The translations under genes were made by a program, and so were the position numbers. Below the pieces are notes generated by a model. That model saw only the letters and a program-made list of their open reading frames with translations, ran no database searches and was not told where the DNA came from. A DNA stretch of 64,000 nt, taken from IMG/VR virus record IMGVR_UViG_3300017971_000275, positions 1 through 64,000 of that record. One strand, 5' to 3'. Origin of the DNA: a virus. Position 1 is the stretch's first letter, and the number at the start of each line of letters is the position of its first letter. Shown piece after piece: positions 29,944-40,266 of the stretch.

Positions 29944-31095
29944 CTAGCCGAGACGGACGCCCTTGGACACGCCACGGGAGTTCGCAATCACCGTCGCTTG
30001 ACGGAGGAAAATGAACCAACCGCGAGCCGCACGACCCAGCATACGCTGGTCGACGACCGAGCTGTTGAGCGCGATCATGTTGGCTTTGACGCCTAGGGTT
30101 GTCGGCGAGCTCAGGAAGTACACCTCGCCTGGTTGCAGAACCTGCAAGGTGTCGTAGCGGAATCCGTCGGTGATGAGCTCAACATCACCCAGACGGCCGA
30201 GGCGGCCTTCGACAGCCAGCTCGTGCTTCTCGATCGGGGAGTACCACCTGGCCCAGTCCGCGTCTGCGAAGAGGTCGTCCCACAGGTCGACCGCCATCAG
30301 CATGTGCGGAACGGCGAGGCTCCACTGCCAGATCTGGTTGCGCAGCGTAACGAAGACTTGCGGCGTGAACGCGTTGAACGCGATGACGTCGTTGTCCGCC
30401 GGAGCTGCTTGATCCAGGAGGAACTTCGTGATGTTGTCATCACGGACCATCGTGGCTTCCAGAGCATCGTTGTACTTCTCTTCGATGATCTGTGCACCGG
30501 CCTCGTGGATCTCGGCCTCTTCCATCATCACGAGGGTCTCGATGTTGTAGCCCCTCGGATAGATGTACTTCTGCCGGATCAGAGACTCGATGGTATGGCC
30601 ATCGGACAGCATCAGCCAGGAGGTAACGTCCTTCTGACGGATGCGTACGCGGGCCGTTCCACCCTCAGCGACATCCTGCTGAGCCAGGATCTTGTTCGAG
30701 AAGCCCATGCGGCCCATCGTCTCGGAGATGCTGTCGGTGAAGACTTCGCCGAGAACTTGGAATGGACCGTCGTCACGCGGAGCGCTCTCATTGAGCGCCG
30801 CAGTGACCAGGCTGGAGTCGGCCTCGGCACCCGGATCCATGAAGGAAGCCTGGGTCTCGATGCCTGGATCCTGGTGGATTTCGCCAGCGCGTGCCTGCTG
30901 CACTAGAGCATTGATCTGCTCAAGCAGCCCGGCTGCGCTGTCTTGGTTGTACTCGCCATTGGCGCCCACCATCCGTGTGGATGCAGATGCCATGACGCTG
31001 CCTGTGCGCGGATGGACCTTGAATGCTGGTCCTTGCGCGATGTCAGCTCCCCGCTTATCCCGAAGAGCCGCTTTTCCTGAAAACACTTTAGACAT
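29944..31095 (-). CDS. major capsid protein (HK97 fold, probably RSL1/Lu11/PaBG-like jumbo phage type)
   Basis: 383 aa, highly biased codons, strong GAGGAG RBS and terminator, downstream of portal-scaffold-protease; NGEYN..S...LLEQI, EEKYNDALEA.MV.DD, VLQPGEVYF. Confidence 0.82.
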   Translation of the reverse strand: MSKVFSGKAALRDKRGADIAQGPAFKVHPRTGSVMASASTRMVGANGEYNQDSAAGLLEQINALVQQARAGEIHQDPGIETQASFMDPGAEADSSLVTAALNESAPRDDGPFQVLGEVFTDSISETMGRMGFSNKILAQQDVAEGGTARVRIRQKDVTSWLMLSDGHTIESLIRQKYIYPRGYNIETLVMMEEAEIHEAGAQIIEEKYNDALEATMVRDDNITKFLLDQAAPADNDVIAFNAFTPQVFVTLRNQIWQWSLAVPHMLMAVDLWDDLFADADWARWYSPIEKHELAVEGRLGRLGDVELITDGFRYDTLQVLQPGEVYFLSSPTTLGVKANMIALNSSVVDQRMLGRAARGWFIFLRQATVIANSRGVSKGVRLG

Positions 31096-31119
31096 GGTTT
31101 TCTCCTCTTCAGGTTCGGG

Positions 31120-31920
31120 TTAGGCCGGGGTGATGTACTCGAATCCGAGATAGGGATCGCCCGGTGCAGGCACCGAAACCACCGTCCCGAACGCGAGACT
31201 TGTTCCACCAGCGTTTGTGACCGACATCAGACCATTGTCGTTCAGGTAGAGCTGAGCGCCAACGGTGTAGGCGTCGCTTGCCAGGTACATGGTGGTGTAA
31301 ACCAGGCAATCGCCAGAGCCCACAGTCATCAGACCAAATTGGTCCTCTGCACCGCGGTTGACGTGCGACTGACGCAGGATCAGGTCACGCTCCACAGCGG
31401 AGAGATTCCAGCGATAGGTCACCAGAAGGTCGTGCTCTGCTTCGGCGTTGTTGAAGGTCATCAGACCCGTGACGGGATCGATGTCTACCTGCGTTGCGGC
31501 AGGTGCTGGCGGTGCGACGTGAGCGACGACCGTCAGCGCTGCGGCTGCGGTGACATCGTACACGTAAGCTTCGGCGGTGGCCGGAGCAGTGATCGCCAGG
31601 TTTCCGTGCGGGAGCTGGATCTGCAATGGTACGGGCGGTACCGAAATTGCAGGAACCGTGACTGCGCGCACGTCGGTGAAGGTGTAGGCGGAGATGCGCG
31701 AAATGAGCGCAACGCCTGCGGGACGCTCACCCGCTGCCATGGCGCCGGAATGGCCCAGTTGGACCACTTCGTTTCCGGCGGGCCCCGGCAGACGCGTCAG
31801 CATCGAAGCCTCCTCCACGATGTTCGTGGTCGGAGATACCTCGAATTGACGCTTCCACTCGAAGCGGCATCGGGTCATGTCCCATTTGCTTTTGACTGAT
31901 GCATCTGGGAGAAGCGGCAT
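31120..31920 (-). CDS. putative capsid decoration/cement protein
   Basis: Start MPLLPD after GGAGG; immediately upstream of MCP; C-terminal GAQLY...G.....FGTVVSVP..DPYLGFE. Confidence 0.65.
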   Translation of the reverse strand: MPLLPDASVKSKWDMTRCRFEWKRQFEVSPTTNIVEEASMLTRLPGPAGNEVVQLGHSGAMAAGERPAGVALISRISAYTFTDVRAVTVPAISVPPVPLQIQLPHGNLAITAPATAEAYVYDVTAAAALTVVAHVAPPAPAATQVDIDPVTGLMTFNNAEAEHDLLVTYRWNLSAVERDLILRQSHVNRGAEDQFGLMTVGSGDCLVYTTMYLASDAYTVGAQLYLNDNGLMSVTNAGGTSLAFGTVVSVPAPGDPYLGFEYITPA

Positions 31921-32220
31921 TGTTTCTGTCCTCCATAAAAAGGGTTTACCGCTGGTTACTGTTTGCAGCGTTCGCTTTACCGCGCTGCGGGCCGCGAGCC
32001 CGAGCACTGGGGAAAAGGTTCACGGGACTAGTAATGTTGCCGCTTCGTCCGTTGAGATCCGAGAGTTAATGTTGCTTGCGGTAATCTTGGAGGAATCTCT
32101 GACAAAAGCACCCGAGCCCGCGTTTGCGATGCGAAACGCTGCGACTACAATAATGTTGCTGAAAACGTGACGAGAGTATTCGTCAAGGTAATGTTGCTAT
32201 CACACTATAAACTAAGTTGG
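31921..32220 (-). promoter_or_regulatory. about 300-nt structured leader of the capsid operon with four GCAACATTA repeats
   Basis: TAATGTTGC (+) at 32032, 32067, 32151 and 32189, interleaved with hairpins. Confidence 0.6.
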
Positions 32221-32248
32221 TTTCCCGTATTCATGCGGGTATGTCAAC

Positions 32249-33298
32249 CTACTTTTTCGAGGTCTTTTCTTTCTTGTTTCTCGACGACTTGGGGTTACGT
32301 CGAATCATCATGACTTTGTACTGACGAGCTTTTTTGTTGCTCTTGTAACGAGCACGCAAATTGCCTTTGTAATCAAAGACACACCATACTTGCTCTTCTT
32401 TCGGCTTCTCGTCAGTCTGGTCTTGTGGGCGACAAGGCTTTACACCCTTCATCTTCTTCGGCAGGTTGTATGCCGTTCTAGTAGAAGACGCTTCATCCAC
32501 ACGCACGTAGGTGGCACCCCTAAACTTAATGAACTGAGGTTTATCTGACATCGTGGTTCCCGTCCTAGAGGCGTACACAGGCGACTGAACAAGATGAATT
32601 AAATCATTCAGCACACCCTCGTTGGTGCCGTGTTTAGATGGCCCATGTATTAGATCGCGAGCATCCTCTCGTCTGGTCATAAAACGTCGAATGGCCAGCT
32701 TGAGCTCGTTATTAGATACCCCACAGGATTCGAGCAGGTCGTCTGCCTGCTCCAAGAATAAAATGCCGGCGTCCCCTGTGTACCCGAAGTCTGTATCTTT
32801 AATCAACTGGATGGCCCGATGCAGACACCATGTACCACCCTGCGCGGTTTTTACCATGGCCTCATGAGAGCCACGAGGGAACTTTTTGCGTAAGGCTTCC
32901 AGGTCATCGGTGGACGCATGAAACGTTAGCCCAAACCGAAGTCCGTCCCTACCGGCTGCGTACTCTGGACCACCAGATTTCGCGACTTTGCTTTTATCGT
33001 TGAGGGACTGGATTACCGTACTATTGAGCACGTCCTCGATATCATAAAAAGCGTCGTCGACGTGCTCGTAACGTTCCGATAACGTTTCTGGGTCTCCTAG
33101 CTCCTCCAAGTCAAAATCCTCTACGAGCTTCTGCGCATCCTCCATAGTAAGACCGTCTGCCCACTCGTCTAAAAAAACGAGCATCCCATCATAATCATCC
33201 ATATCCCAATCATCATGGATGCGAGCTATGACAGCGGAGTCTAGAGCGTCCACCGCGAAGTCGCGGGTTGCCCCGGTATATGACTGTGGGGAATGCAT
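32249..33298 (-). CDS. hypothetical protein, hairpin-tag motif
   Basis: PQFIKFRGATYVRV. Confidence 0.7.
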   Translation of the reverse strand: MHSPQSYTGATRDFAVDALDSAVIARIHDDWDMDDYDGMLVFLDEWADGLTMEDAQKLVEDFDLEELGDPETLSERYEHVDDAFYDIEDVLNSTVIQSLNDKSKVAKSGGPEYAAGRDGLRFGLTFHASTDDLEALRKKFPRGSHEAMVKTAQGGTWCLHRAIQLIKDTDFGYTGDAGILFLEQADDLLESCGVSNNELKLAIRRFMTRREDARDLIHGPSKHGTNEGVLNDLIHLVQSPVYASRTGTTMSDKPQFIKFRGATYVRVDEASSTRTAYNLPKKMKGVKPCRPQDQTDEKPKEEQVWCVFDYKGNLRARYKSNKKARQYKVMMIRRNPKSSRNKKEKTSKK

Positions 33299-33303
33299 TA
33301 TAA

Positions 33304-33882
33304 TTAAATCAGGCCGCCGCTGCCGCCGTTGCGGAGCAATCGATTGTTGCAGTAGGAGTAGATAATCGATTTGCGCCCACGCAAATATTCCAGAAGCTTC
33401 TGGATTTCTTCTACGTCGCGATGGCCGTTTTTTCTATCCCAGTACCAACCCCCTAATGCGGAAGCGTAATAGAGGGGAGGATTTGGGCGAATGGTCAATA
33501 GTTTCTCTATACGTGCTATAGTAGCATCTCCGCCTTCGTGGCTCTCAATTTCCTTGAGCACTTCGGCAGGGATTTGCGTGATTTTTTTGATGCGCCTTAC
33601 TTTGAAGGACCGGCGCCGCACATTCTGACCAGCATCCTGAAGCAGTGGTACACCAGCGCCGTCGTAGCTATGAATAAGAATTTGAATCTCAAACTCCATC
33701 CCTGTACCCTTGCATTCATCAACCCGAACGCGAGCAGATGCAGTGCTTGGTTTTTTCTTGGGCTTTTCTTCCTGCTCCTCCTCTGGCGCTCCTTCATCAG
33801 CAGCCAGAACGTAGCGGTATCCCTGGTAGCGCACCGACGCGGGCTGGTTTGTGTAAATGGATTTCGCTTTGCGTGTCATCAT
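33304..33882 (-). CDS. hypothetical protein, hairpin-tag motif
   Basis: PASVRYQGYRYVLA; GAGG RBS. Confidence 0.7.
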   Translation of the reverse strand: MMTRKAKSIYTNQPASVRYQGYRYVLAADEGAPEEEQEEKPKKKPSTASARVRVDECKGTGMEFEIQILIHSYDGAGVPLLQDAGQNVRRRSFKVRRIKKITQIPAEVLKEIESHEGGDATIARIEKLLTIRPNPPLYYASALGGWYWDRKNGHRDVEEIQKLLEYLRGRKSIIYSYCNNRLLRNGGSGGLI

Positions 33883-33893
33883 CTACCTCGAAC

Positions 33894-34430
33894 CTAACAA
33901 GGTGGAAGCGGTGCACCGCAGGATCGGCAACTGGTTTCATCGCCCACAGGCGTTGTGCCACAAAACTCACAGGTGCATAGCGTCTCGCGCTCCAGGATGA
34001 TAGGAATATACTTGGTATCGATGGTCATGTCCGCACGGATGAAATGCGGTTTACCACCAATTTTCAGGCGCCGTACTGTGTTCACCGTGGCAGTAGTATC
34101 TGCTCCGTTCAGCGCAATAGGAATCTTCGCGTGCGGGCGCAGTTTCAGTGCTTTGCGTGGGCTTGGTCTACCCTTCTCAAAGAACTTCTGATATTTCCAC
34201 GGTACAGAATACTGCACGGCATAGCGCTCACCTACTGTTCGCAGCTGTTCAAAATCGATGCAGGTGTCTACTTTTACAAGCGGCTCCTCGGCGGACGATG
34301 CCTCCCGTCGACCAGTAAGGCTGGCAGCCCGGCGCAGACGCTCCTTGGACCATTTACCCTTTTTAGGCCAAAGCTCCAGAAGGTGCGGGAGTGCTTTGGC
34401 GAACTGCTTTTTGGTGAAGGCTAAGAGCAT
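33894..34430 (-). CDS. hypothetical protein with C-terminal zinc ribbon
   Basis: CEFC-x9-CRSCGAPL; start uncertain. Confidence 0.6.
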   Translation of the reverse strand: MLLAFTKKQFAKALPHLLELWPKKGKWSKERLRRAASLTGRREASSAEEPLVKVDTCIDFEQLRTVGERYAVQYSVPWKYQKFFEKGRPSPRKALKLRPHAKIPIALNGADTTATVNTVRRLKIGGKPHFIRADMTIDTKYIPIILERETLCTCEFCGTTPVGDETSCRSCGAPLPPC

Positions 34431-34437
34431 CGAGCTG

Positions 34438-35118
34438 CTATTTAAGGCCGAGAAGTTTGAGTGACTTCTGTGCTTCTTGTAGGAGAGCATCCTTAGGGGA
34501 TGGATCGGCAACTACGCGACGGCTTTTCTGTTCACGCCGGAACCTGCGCTTAAAGTCGCCCACGGTCTTGGCAGCTGCAGCCGGCTTTTCTTCCTCTTCG
34601 GGTGCACCGGGGAGACCCTCCCCAGCCAAAAGAGCTTCCACGTCTTCCTCAGATACTTCTGGCACTTCTTCTGCTTCTGGTGTAGCTGGTACTGCTTCTG
34701 GAGGCTCTTCTCCCTCAGGGGCGTCTACCTCTAGAAGATCATCACCACCCTCAGAGTACTGCACAGAAAACTCGCTGGCGATGCCATCTAGAGACCGAAT
34801 CACTTCCTGCATTCCGCTGGTGCGCAGGTCGCTAACGATCCCCTCAAGCCACGGGCGAAAATGCTTGACGGATTCATCGTACCCTAGCTCGCCAAGCTTC
34901 TTTTTGATCTGGCCTCCCAGCCTGGAAACGCCCTCGCGGAAGATGCGCTCTACATCTTCATTGATCGCAGCTACCGCTTCATCGTAGAGCTGCTCTCCAA
35001 CTTTGGAGAACTCATCTGCTAGGAGATCAGACATGCGGCGACGCAGCGCTTCATTGGTTGAACCTGGGCGTCGATCTGTGTTTCTGCGAGCTGCAGTGCG
35101 AATCTTAACTTTGGGCAT
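34438..35118 (-). CDS. hypothetical protein (head-assembly region)
   Basis: Start MPKVKIRTAA after AAGGAG. Confidence 0.7.
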   Translation of the reverse strand: MPKVKIRTAARRNTDRRPGSTNEALRRRMSDLLADEFSKVGEQLYDEAVAAINEDVERIFREGVSRLGGQIKKKLGELGYDESVKHFRPWLEGIVSDLRTSGMQEVIRSLDGIASEFSVQYSEGGDDLLEVDAPEGEEPPEAVPATPEAEEVPEVSEEDVEALLAGEGLPGAPEEEEKPAAAAKTVGDFKRRFRREQKSRRVVADPSPKDALLQEAQKSLKLLGLK

Positions 35119-35131
35119 GAACTGAATCTCC

Positions 35132-35911
35132 TTACCGCTGGTGGTAAATACCACGCCACAGCTGGAACGCCAACTGCGTGAGCTCTTTCATGTGTGTCCG
35201 GATTTCTGTGCCCTGTGCATTGCGCACGATAGGATAGCCGCAGTGGGCATCATCGGTAATCGAAGTGTCGATCCTGGCAGCTGGGAATTTTCGTGTGAGC
35301 TCGATGTGCAGTGCGTGTGACAGCTCCTCCACCTCTTGGGGAGTAGCGTCGGAAATGTCGTAGCCGCCCAACGAGAATCCCGATCCAGCTGGGCACACGT
35401 TAAAGGTAACGGTGGCCACTTCCTCATCTGGTGGCACTCGTAGCATTTGTTCGCCCTCCCAACTACGGAGGAGAGCAACAACCTTTTTAGGGTAGGCAGC
35501 ACTGCCTGTTGCTTGCTGTGGCTCAGGAAGGGCACGAGGTTCACCGGTATCAACCATTTCCAAGAAACGGGGAGGCAGTGCGCCAGCTTTCCAAGCTCCT
35601 GGAAACTCGCGACCAACTTTACCGCCGTCATCGACCATGGCCCTGAAAAGGGCTGCTGCTTCCTCTTCGTCAATGAATAAGGTAACAGGGTACTGATAAG
35701 GTCCCTTACTCGGGAACTTCAACCCTACCGTAAAAACAAATTGCCCGTCTTCAAACCGGAGCTCCCGAACATCGCTTGGGTAGTCTTTTTCGATGAGCGT
35801 GAAGTTACGATGCTCTCTAGTAGTTCCCAGACCGCCAGCTTCGTGTAACTGATAGAGCACACCTTGATAGCGGATGTAGGTAGCAGCTTTTGCGGTTTTA
35901 TTGGTCGTCAT
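35132..35911 (-). CDS. hypothetical protein, hairpin-tag motif
   Basis: ATYIRYQGVLYQL. Confidence 0.7.
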   Translation of the reverse strand: MTTNKTAKAATYIRYQGVLYQLHEAGGLGTTREHRNFTLIEKDYPSDVRELRFEDGQFVFTVGLKFPSKGPYQYPVTLFIDEEEAAALFRAMVDDGGKVGREFPGAWKAGALPPRFLEMVDTGEPRALPEPQQATGSAAYPKKVVALLRSWEGEQMLRVPPDEEVATVTFNVCPAGSGFSLGGYDISDATPQEVEELSHALHIELTRKFPAARIDTSITDDAHCGYPIVRNAQGTEIRTHMKELTQLAFQLWRGIYHQR

Positions 35912-35916
35912 GGAAT

Positions 35917-36729
35917 CTATCCCCAAATCTTGTCAGAAAGCGCCACAACGTAAGCTGGATCTTCAACGCTGCTGCTTTCCACGAAGTAGAAGTCCTTCAT
36001 GTTCTCGTAGACCAAGTGATTCCTGATCACATCATTTTTGCCTGCTCCATTGCGAATGTGGTCGCAGGTAATACGACCGTCACTATGGAACTTGCACCAA
36101 GGCAGTGAACATTCGGTGCGCTCCACTAAAGCGCCCATGCTGTGCCCGATGCGGTTGGCTTGTTGGACCAAACCAGCAAGACGGCGGTCCTTACTGCGGT
36201 CAAACGCTTTCAAGATCTTGGTGTGCCACACCCCACGGAAGCGTACCAAACTGGCGTCGAGGATCACCCCTTTTGCCTTGGTATCGTCCATGTTATCGTG
36301 ATCTTGGTGGACCGGTTTCCCAATGAACGTCTGGTACGCCACCCGACCGATCGGGGTGCGCCAATCAGTCAACTCTTTATAAGAAAAACTGTCCATATTG
36401 CGGTTGGGGTAATCAGCCACAACAATAGGAACGTCGACGATCACGTAGTCTTGGATCTTTGGGCTGATGTGATATTTGGCTGCTACAAAAGGAAGCCAGC
36501 TAATATCAAGGAAGCCGCAAGCACAGTTGCCAGTAGCTGTTAGCTCGGCTCCTGCGATACGGATTTGAGACCCAGATCGGTGCTCTTCGAGCTTGCGCCC
36601 CTCAAATACGCAGGGCTCATCGATGAACTTTTCTCCATCGAAGCGGCGAGATAAAAAGGATTCGCCAACGTGAAGCCCTGGACCGAAAGGCACTGCCGGA
36701 GATGTAATAGGTGGTGGAGCAAAATCCAT
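35917..36729 (-). CDS. prohead maturation protease
   Basis: PNRNMDSF, FIGKPVHQDHDN, HSMG (catalytic His/Ser), Cys cluster, ESSSVEDPAY; lies between scaffold and MCP. Confidence 0.78.
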   Translation of the reverse strand: MDFAPPPITSPAVPFGPGLHVGESFLSRRFDGEKFIDEPCVFEGRKLEEHRSGSQIRIAGAELTATGNCACGFLDISWLPFVAAKYHISPKIQDYVIVDVPIVVADYPNRNMDSFSYKELTDWRTPIGRVAYQTFIGKPVHQDHDNMDDTKAKGVILDASLVRFRGVWHTKILKAFDRSKDRRLAGLVQQANRIGHSMGALVERTECSLPWCKFHSDGRITCDHIRNGAGKNDVIRNHLVYENMKDFYFVESSSVEDPAYVVALSDKIWG

Positions 36730-36821
36730 GGTTTCTCTGCGGCGTTAAGGCGTCGCATCCTCCAAAAGCTACGCGAGCTGGTAAAGGCTCACGTAGCTGC
36801 GTGCAGAACACGACTACAGGG

Positions 36822-38699
36822 TTACCACTTCTTGGGGGTGCGGAAATTGGACATAGCAGCCTCAGCCATACGACCGCCGAGATTCAGCTGTCTCTGCCAC
36901 ACTGCCTTCTGAGCGCGCCAGTTGGTGGTATCCCCCTGCGTTGCCGCCTGGCGAGTTGCCGCCTCTTGTGCTTTCGAAGTAGGAGAGGATACAGTGCGCA
37001 GCGGTACGTTGGCGGGGATTTCGACAGGCTCGCTCGGAGGAGCTGTTTGGGCCACAGCGATCTCGTCATCGTGGCGGACATACCCTGGATGCCGATAAGG
37101 CATCGCAGTGATTTCCTTGATGTGGTGGTCCAGAACACCTTCGGGAGCTCCCAACCATTCCTCAGCTTTCGCGAGGACGTTGGCGAAGTACTGCTGACCT
37201 ACCTCACGGAAGGCCTCCTCGATGATGTCGATGGCATAGTTCTCGTCCACACCCGCCGAACGGAACCCACTTACGAGAGCATCACGAAGAGGATTGTCGA
37301 GGATGTAGTTTTTGAGCGACCCTTGTAGAACGATGTTGGCTGTATTCAGCAGCGCATCCTTGGTGTCGGCCATGCGCTTGCGGTAGTCGGCTTCCATCTC
37401 TACTGTGGCAGCCTGCTTCATTTGAGCGGCCACTTCACCGCTGGATGCCTTTGCGCTGTATGGACGTGCGTTGAGCGTGTTCAGCATGTCGTCCAGGCCG
37501 AACTGACCGATCCCCTTGATGACGTAGTTGGGATACTCGTCCATCATGAACAGATCGCGGATCTGCGGGTTGTCTGGCTGGTCGGCAAACGCAACCTTCG
37601 CAACCGGATCGCCGTCAATCATGACGACGTAATGCGGATTGTCTGTCTCCTCATTGGTGAGGAATAGGTCCACCCGCTCCGGGTTCACATTGGCGTAGCT
37701 CTCGATGTCGCCAATCGTCTCGTAAACGACGTCGGTAGACTCAGGTGCGGCATCTGCCTCGACAGCGGCCTCCTTCTTGTCTTTGTCCTCTTCCTCTTCC
37801 TCTTCCGCGCTCACGACCGCTTCTTTTTTGTCTTCCTCATCATCGACGATTTCTACATCACCTTCATCGACTTCGAGGATACCTTCCTCAGGCTCCTCTT
37901 CCTCCGTCAAAGGTTCACAACCTGGAGGGCACGGACCTGCGGGCTGATCTGGCGCTTCCATCATCTCTTCGCCGAGATCCATGGTCAGCTCCTCCTCAGG
38001 CTCCATGGCCTTGCGCAGGAGGTCCGCAAAAGTCATTTTCGCGGCGGTCTTGGTAGCGGCCTCTTTGTCCTCGCCTTTTTTGAGGGTCATGCAGGCTTCT
38101 TTCTCGTCATCAGCAGCGGCCTCTTCTGGCGCTTCCGCCTCGTCAAGCACTTCCACTTCGTCCATGGCTACCTCGGGGGCATCCATGTACTCGCGCATTG
38201 CTTTCTCATCCATGGCCACTTCCGGCTCTTTGTTCTCCTTGGGCATCGCTTCTTCCTCCATTGTGGCCACTTCGGGCTCCTCTTCTGCAGTTTTTTCTGG
38301 TTCGCCTTCCTTGTCACGAACGTTTCCAGCTTCGACTTCTTCAGCAGAGGCACCGTTGCCTCCACCGTCTCCACCACCATCACCGTCGCCTGCCATTTCC
38401 GGGAAATCAGCGAGCATCTCTTCCTCGCTGGTGTACTCCACCACGTCTGGTTCATCGTGGTAGATGTCACGCGGCCCCGGTTTGTGGGGAGGTTTTGGAG
38501 CCAACTGCTCCACGACGTCTACCTCTTCCACTGGAACGTCGACGATCTCTTCTTCTGACGGCACATCGAATTCGTCTAGAGCTTTCTCAGGATCAAACTG
38601 ATCCCCTGGAATTCGATCGGAACGACGCTGTCGGTACTTACGCGTGGTCCGACCTTTCAGATCGCGATACGCTCGCTTTCCTCTCTCTTCTGTTGGCAT
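36822..38699 (-). CDS. putative head scaffolding/core protein
   Basis: Very acidic low-complexity N-half with EPEVAM repeats, helical C-half; AAGGAG RBS; position. Confidence 0.65.
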   Translation of the reverse strand: MPTEERGKRAYRDLKGRTTRKYRQRRSDRIPGDQFDPEKALDEFDVPSEEEIVDVPVEEVDVVEQLAPKPPHKPGPRDIYHDEPDVVEYTSEEEMLADFPEMAGDGDGGGDGGGNGASAEEVEAGNVRDKEGEPEKTAEEEPEVATMEEEAMPKENKEPEVAMDEKAMREYMDAPEVAMDEVEVLDEAEAPEEAAADDEKEACMTLKKGEDKEAATKTAAKMTFADLLRKAMEPEEELTMDLGEEMMEAPDQPAGPCPPGCEPLTEEEEPEEGILEVDEGDVEIVDDEEDKKEAVVSAEEEEEEDKDKKEAAVEADAAPESTDVVYETIGDIESYANVNPERVDLFLTNEETDNPHYVVMIDGDPVAKVAFADQPDNPQIRDLFMMDEYPNYVIKGIGQFGLDDMLNTLNARPYSAKASSGEVAAQMKQAATVEMEADYRKRMADTKDALLNTANIVLQGSLKNYILDNPLRDALVSGFRSAGVDENYAIDIIEEAFREVGQQYFANVLAKAEEWLGAPEGVLDHHIKEITAMPYRHPGYVRHDDEIAVAQTAPPSEPVEIPANVPLRTVSSPTSKAQEAATRQAATQGDTTNWRAQKAVWQRQLNLGGRMAEAAMSNFRTPKKW

Positions 38700-38779
38700 G
38701 ACAACAGTCTCCTTGATGTTGCTGGCAAATACCTGCCGTGGTTGGAAAGGGTAATGTTGACAGGCGTAATAAAAAACTG

Positions 38780-39001
38780 CTAGAGCCCTAACAGTTTGAG
38801 ATACTCACGAAGTTCCTGCAAATCTCTTGCAGCCCGCGCTTTCTTTTCCTCTGCAGCTAATTTATCGTCTATGGCTGACTCGTGAAGTCTTTTAAGCAAC
38901 GGTGCTGCTTTACCCCAGAGTCGATCTGCTTCGGTTTTTGCACGAACGTAAGTTGATCCTTTATACAGTAACTTCTTTGGAGGAGTCTTTGCATGAACCA
39001 T
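38780..39001 (-). CDS. small protein, hairpin-tag motif
   Basis: PKKLLYKGSTYVRA. Confidence 0.65.
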   Translation of the reverse strand: MVHAKTPPKKLLYKGSTYVRAKTEADRLWGKAAPLLKRLHESAIDDKLAAEEKKARAARDLQELREYLKLLGL

Positions 39002-39003
39002 AT

Positions 39004-39267
39004 CTATTTTCTCACGATTTTGGAGTGCAGCTCCTCAGGCAACACGCGCTTAAGCATGTCCACATCTTCTTCACTTTCAGCCAAAAAGTGAAAACTCCCC
39101 ACTACCACGTCCTTAAGCACTGAGTGGTCGCCTTGCAGCAAGTACTGTTTGGCTGTGTTTGTGTCGGTATCGAGGTAAACCAACCTATCGATCGAAACGC
39201 CTCGCGGGTCGGAAGCACGCAGACAAAGAATTACTTCCACGGGGACATTTCGGGCTTCTATGCGCAT
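39004..39267 (-). CDS. hypothetical protein
   Basis: ORF in operon. Confidence 0.6.
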   Translation of the reverse strand: MRIEARNVPVEVILCLRASDPRGVSIDRLVYLDTDTNTAKQYLLQGDHSVLKDVVVGSFHFLAESEEDVDMLKRVLPEELHSKIVRK

Positions 39268-39283
39268 AGCAATGCTACCAGAC

Positions 39284-39694
39284 TTACCTAAGCACGGCGG
39301 CCAGGTAATCGACCACTTGACCTAACTCATCGAATTGAGCCGACCCACTCTTCTTCTGATACGTGTACGAACACGTTACAGGAAAGTCGCAGTTCGTGTT
39401 GGCCAGTTTTAAGGTTACAACAGCGTGGTCGGAGCCACGCACACCAAGTTTGATGTTGAAGGTGTAGACGGTCGTGCTGGTAGCAGATACTATTACATTC
39501 TGCGCGCAAAGGCGATCCTTGATAGCTTGGCCCAATTCTCCCATGGCTTCCCCACAAGTCTGCACAGTAAGGGGAAACCCATCTAGGACGTTTCCGTTCC
39601 TAGAGTCACCACAACCAATTGTGAAATTGTAGCAAGATGGGGGGCAACACTGCTCGGAAGACCTCCCCCATACTTTGCTCCATCGTACCGCCAT
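39284..39694 (-). CDS. hypothetical Cys-containing virion protein
   Basis: ORF in late cluster. Confidence 0.6.
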   Translation of the reverse strand: MAVRWSKVWGRSSEQCCPPSCYNFTIGCGDSRNGNVLDGFPLTVQTCGEAMGELGQAIKDRLCAQNVIVSATSTTVYTFNIKLGVRGSDHAVVTLKLANTNCDFPVTCSYTYQKKSGSAQFDELGQVVDYLAAVLR

Positions 39695-39744
39695 GATAGA
39701 CCTGTAATGGTGGTTATTTACGGGCTTTCAATTATATACTAACT

Positions 39745-40254
39745 TCAGATTGAATACTGGTTGGGATTACTACGGAAGGTGGGTTCTTGGGGCATCTCGT
39801 AGGGATCGTCGGTGTGGTACAGCAAATCTATCTGATCGGCCAGGGCACCGTCCGGAGAGATATATGCCTTATACCTCAAGGGACGGCCGGCTAGCACTTC
39901 TTCTAGGGAAGGTGGGATTTCTTCCGTAAATTGCACCACACCAGTAATATGGAACCCCAAGGATGGGTCGCCCTGCTCAGATATCGTAAAGCTGTTGCGT
40001 AGCTCTACAGGCACACGCAGCATCAACTTGATTTCTCGTATAATCGGCTGCAAGTATTTTTGCCACTCTGCAGCTGGGCTATCCTCCACCGCCTCTACCA
40101 TCTCTTTTTCAGTTGGCCCTTCAACTCCCTCGGGAGCGTCAGGAGCAGGATCTTGTGCTTCTCTGCGAAAGTTACACGGCAGCCGAAGCGAGTCCGCAGA
40201 CCGACGTAGCGGAATACCATCCGCGGGAAGAGGGCTTTTCTCATCAGTTGTCAT
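39745..40254 (-). CDS. hypothetical protein
   Basis: ORF after portal. Confidence 0.6.
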   Translation of the reverse strand: MTTDEKSPLPADGIPLRRSADSLRLPCNFRREAQDPAPDAPEGVEGPTEKEMVEAVEDSPAAEWQKYLQPIIREIKLMLRVPVELRNSFTISEQGDPSLGFHITGVVQFTEEIPPSLEEVLAGRPLRYKAYISPDGALADQIDLLYHTDDPYEMPQEPTFRSNPNQYSI

Positions 40255-40266
40255 AGAAGATATTCC

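Noticed and set aside
37740-38420. Repetitive GAA/GAG-rich DNA
   Set aside because: Explained by the acidic low-complexity region of the scaffold protein; not a DNA repeat element.
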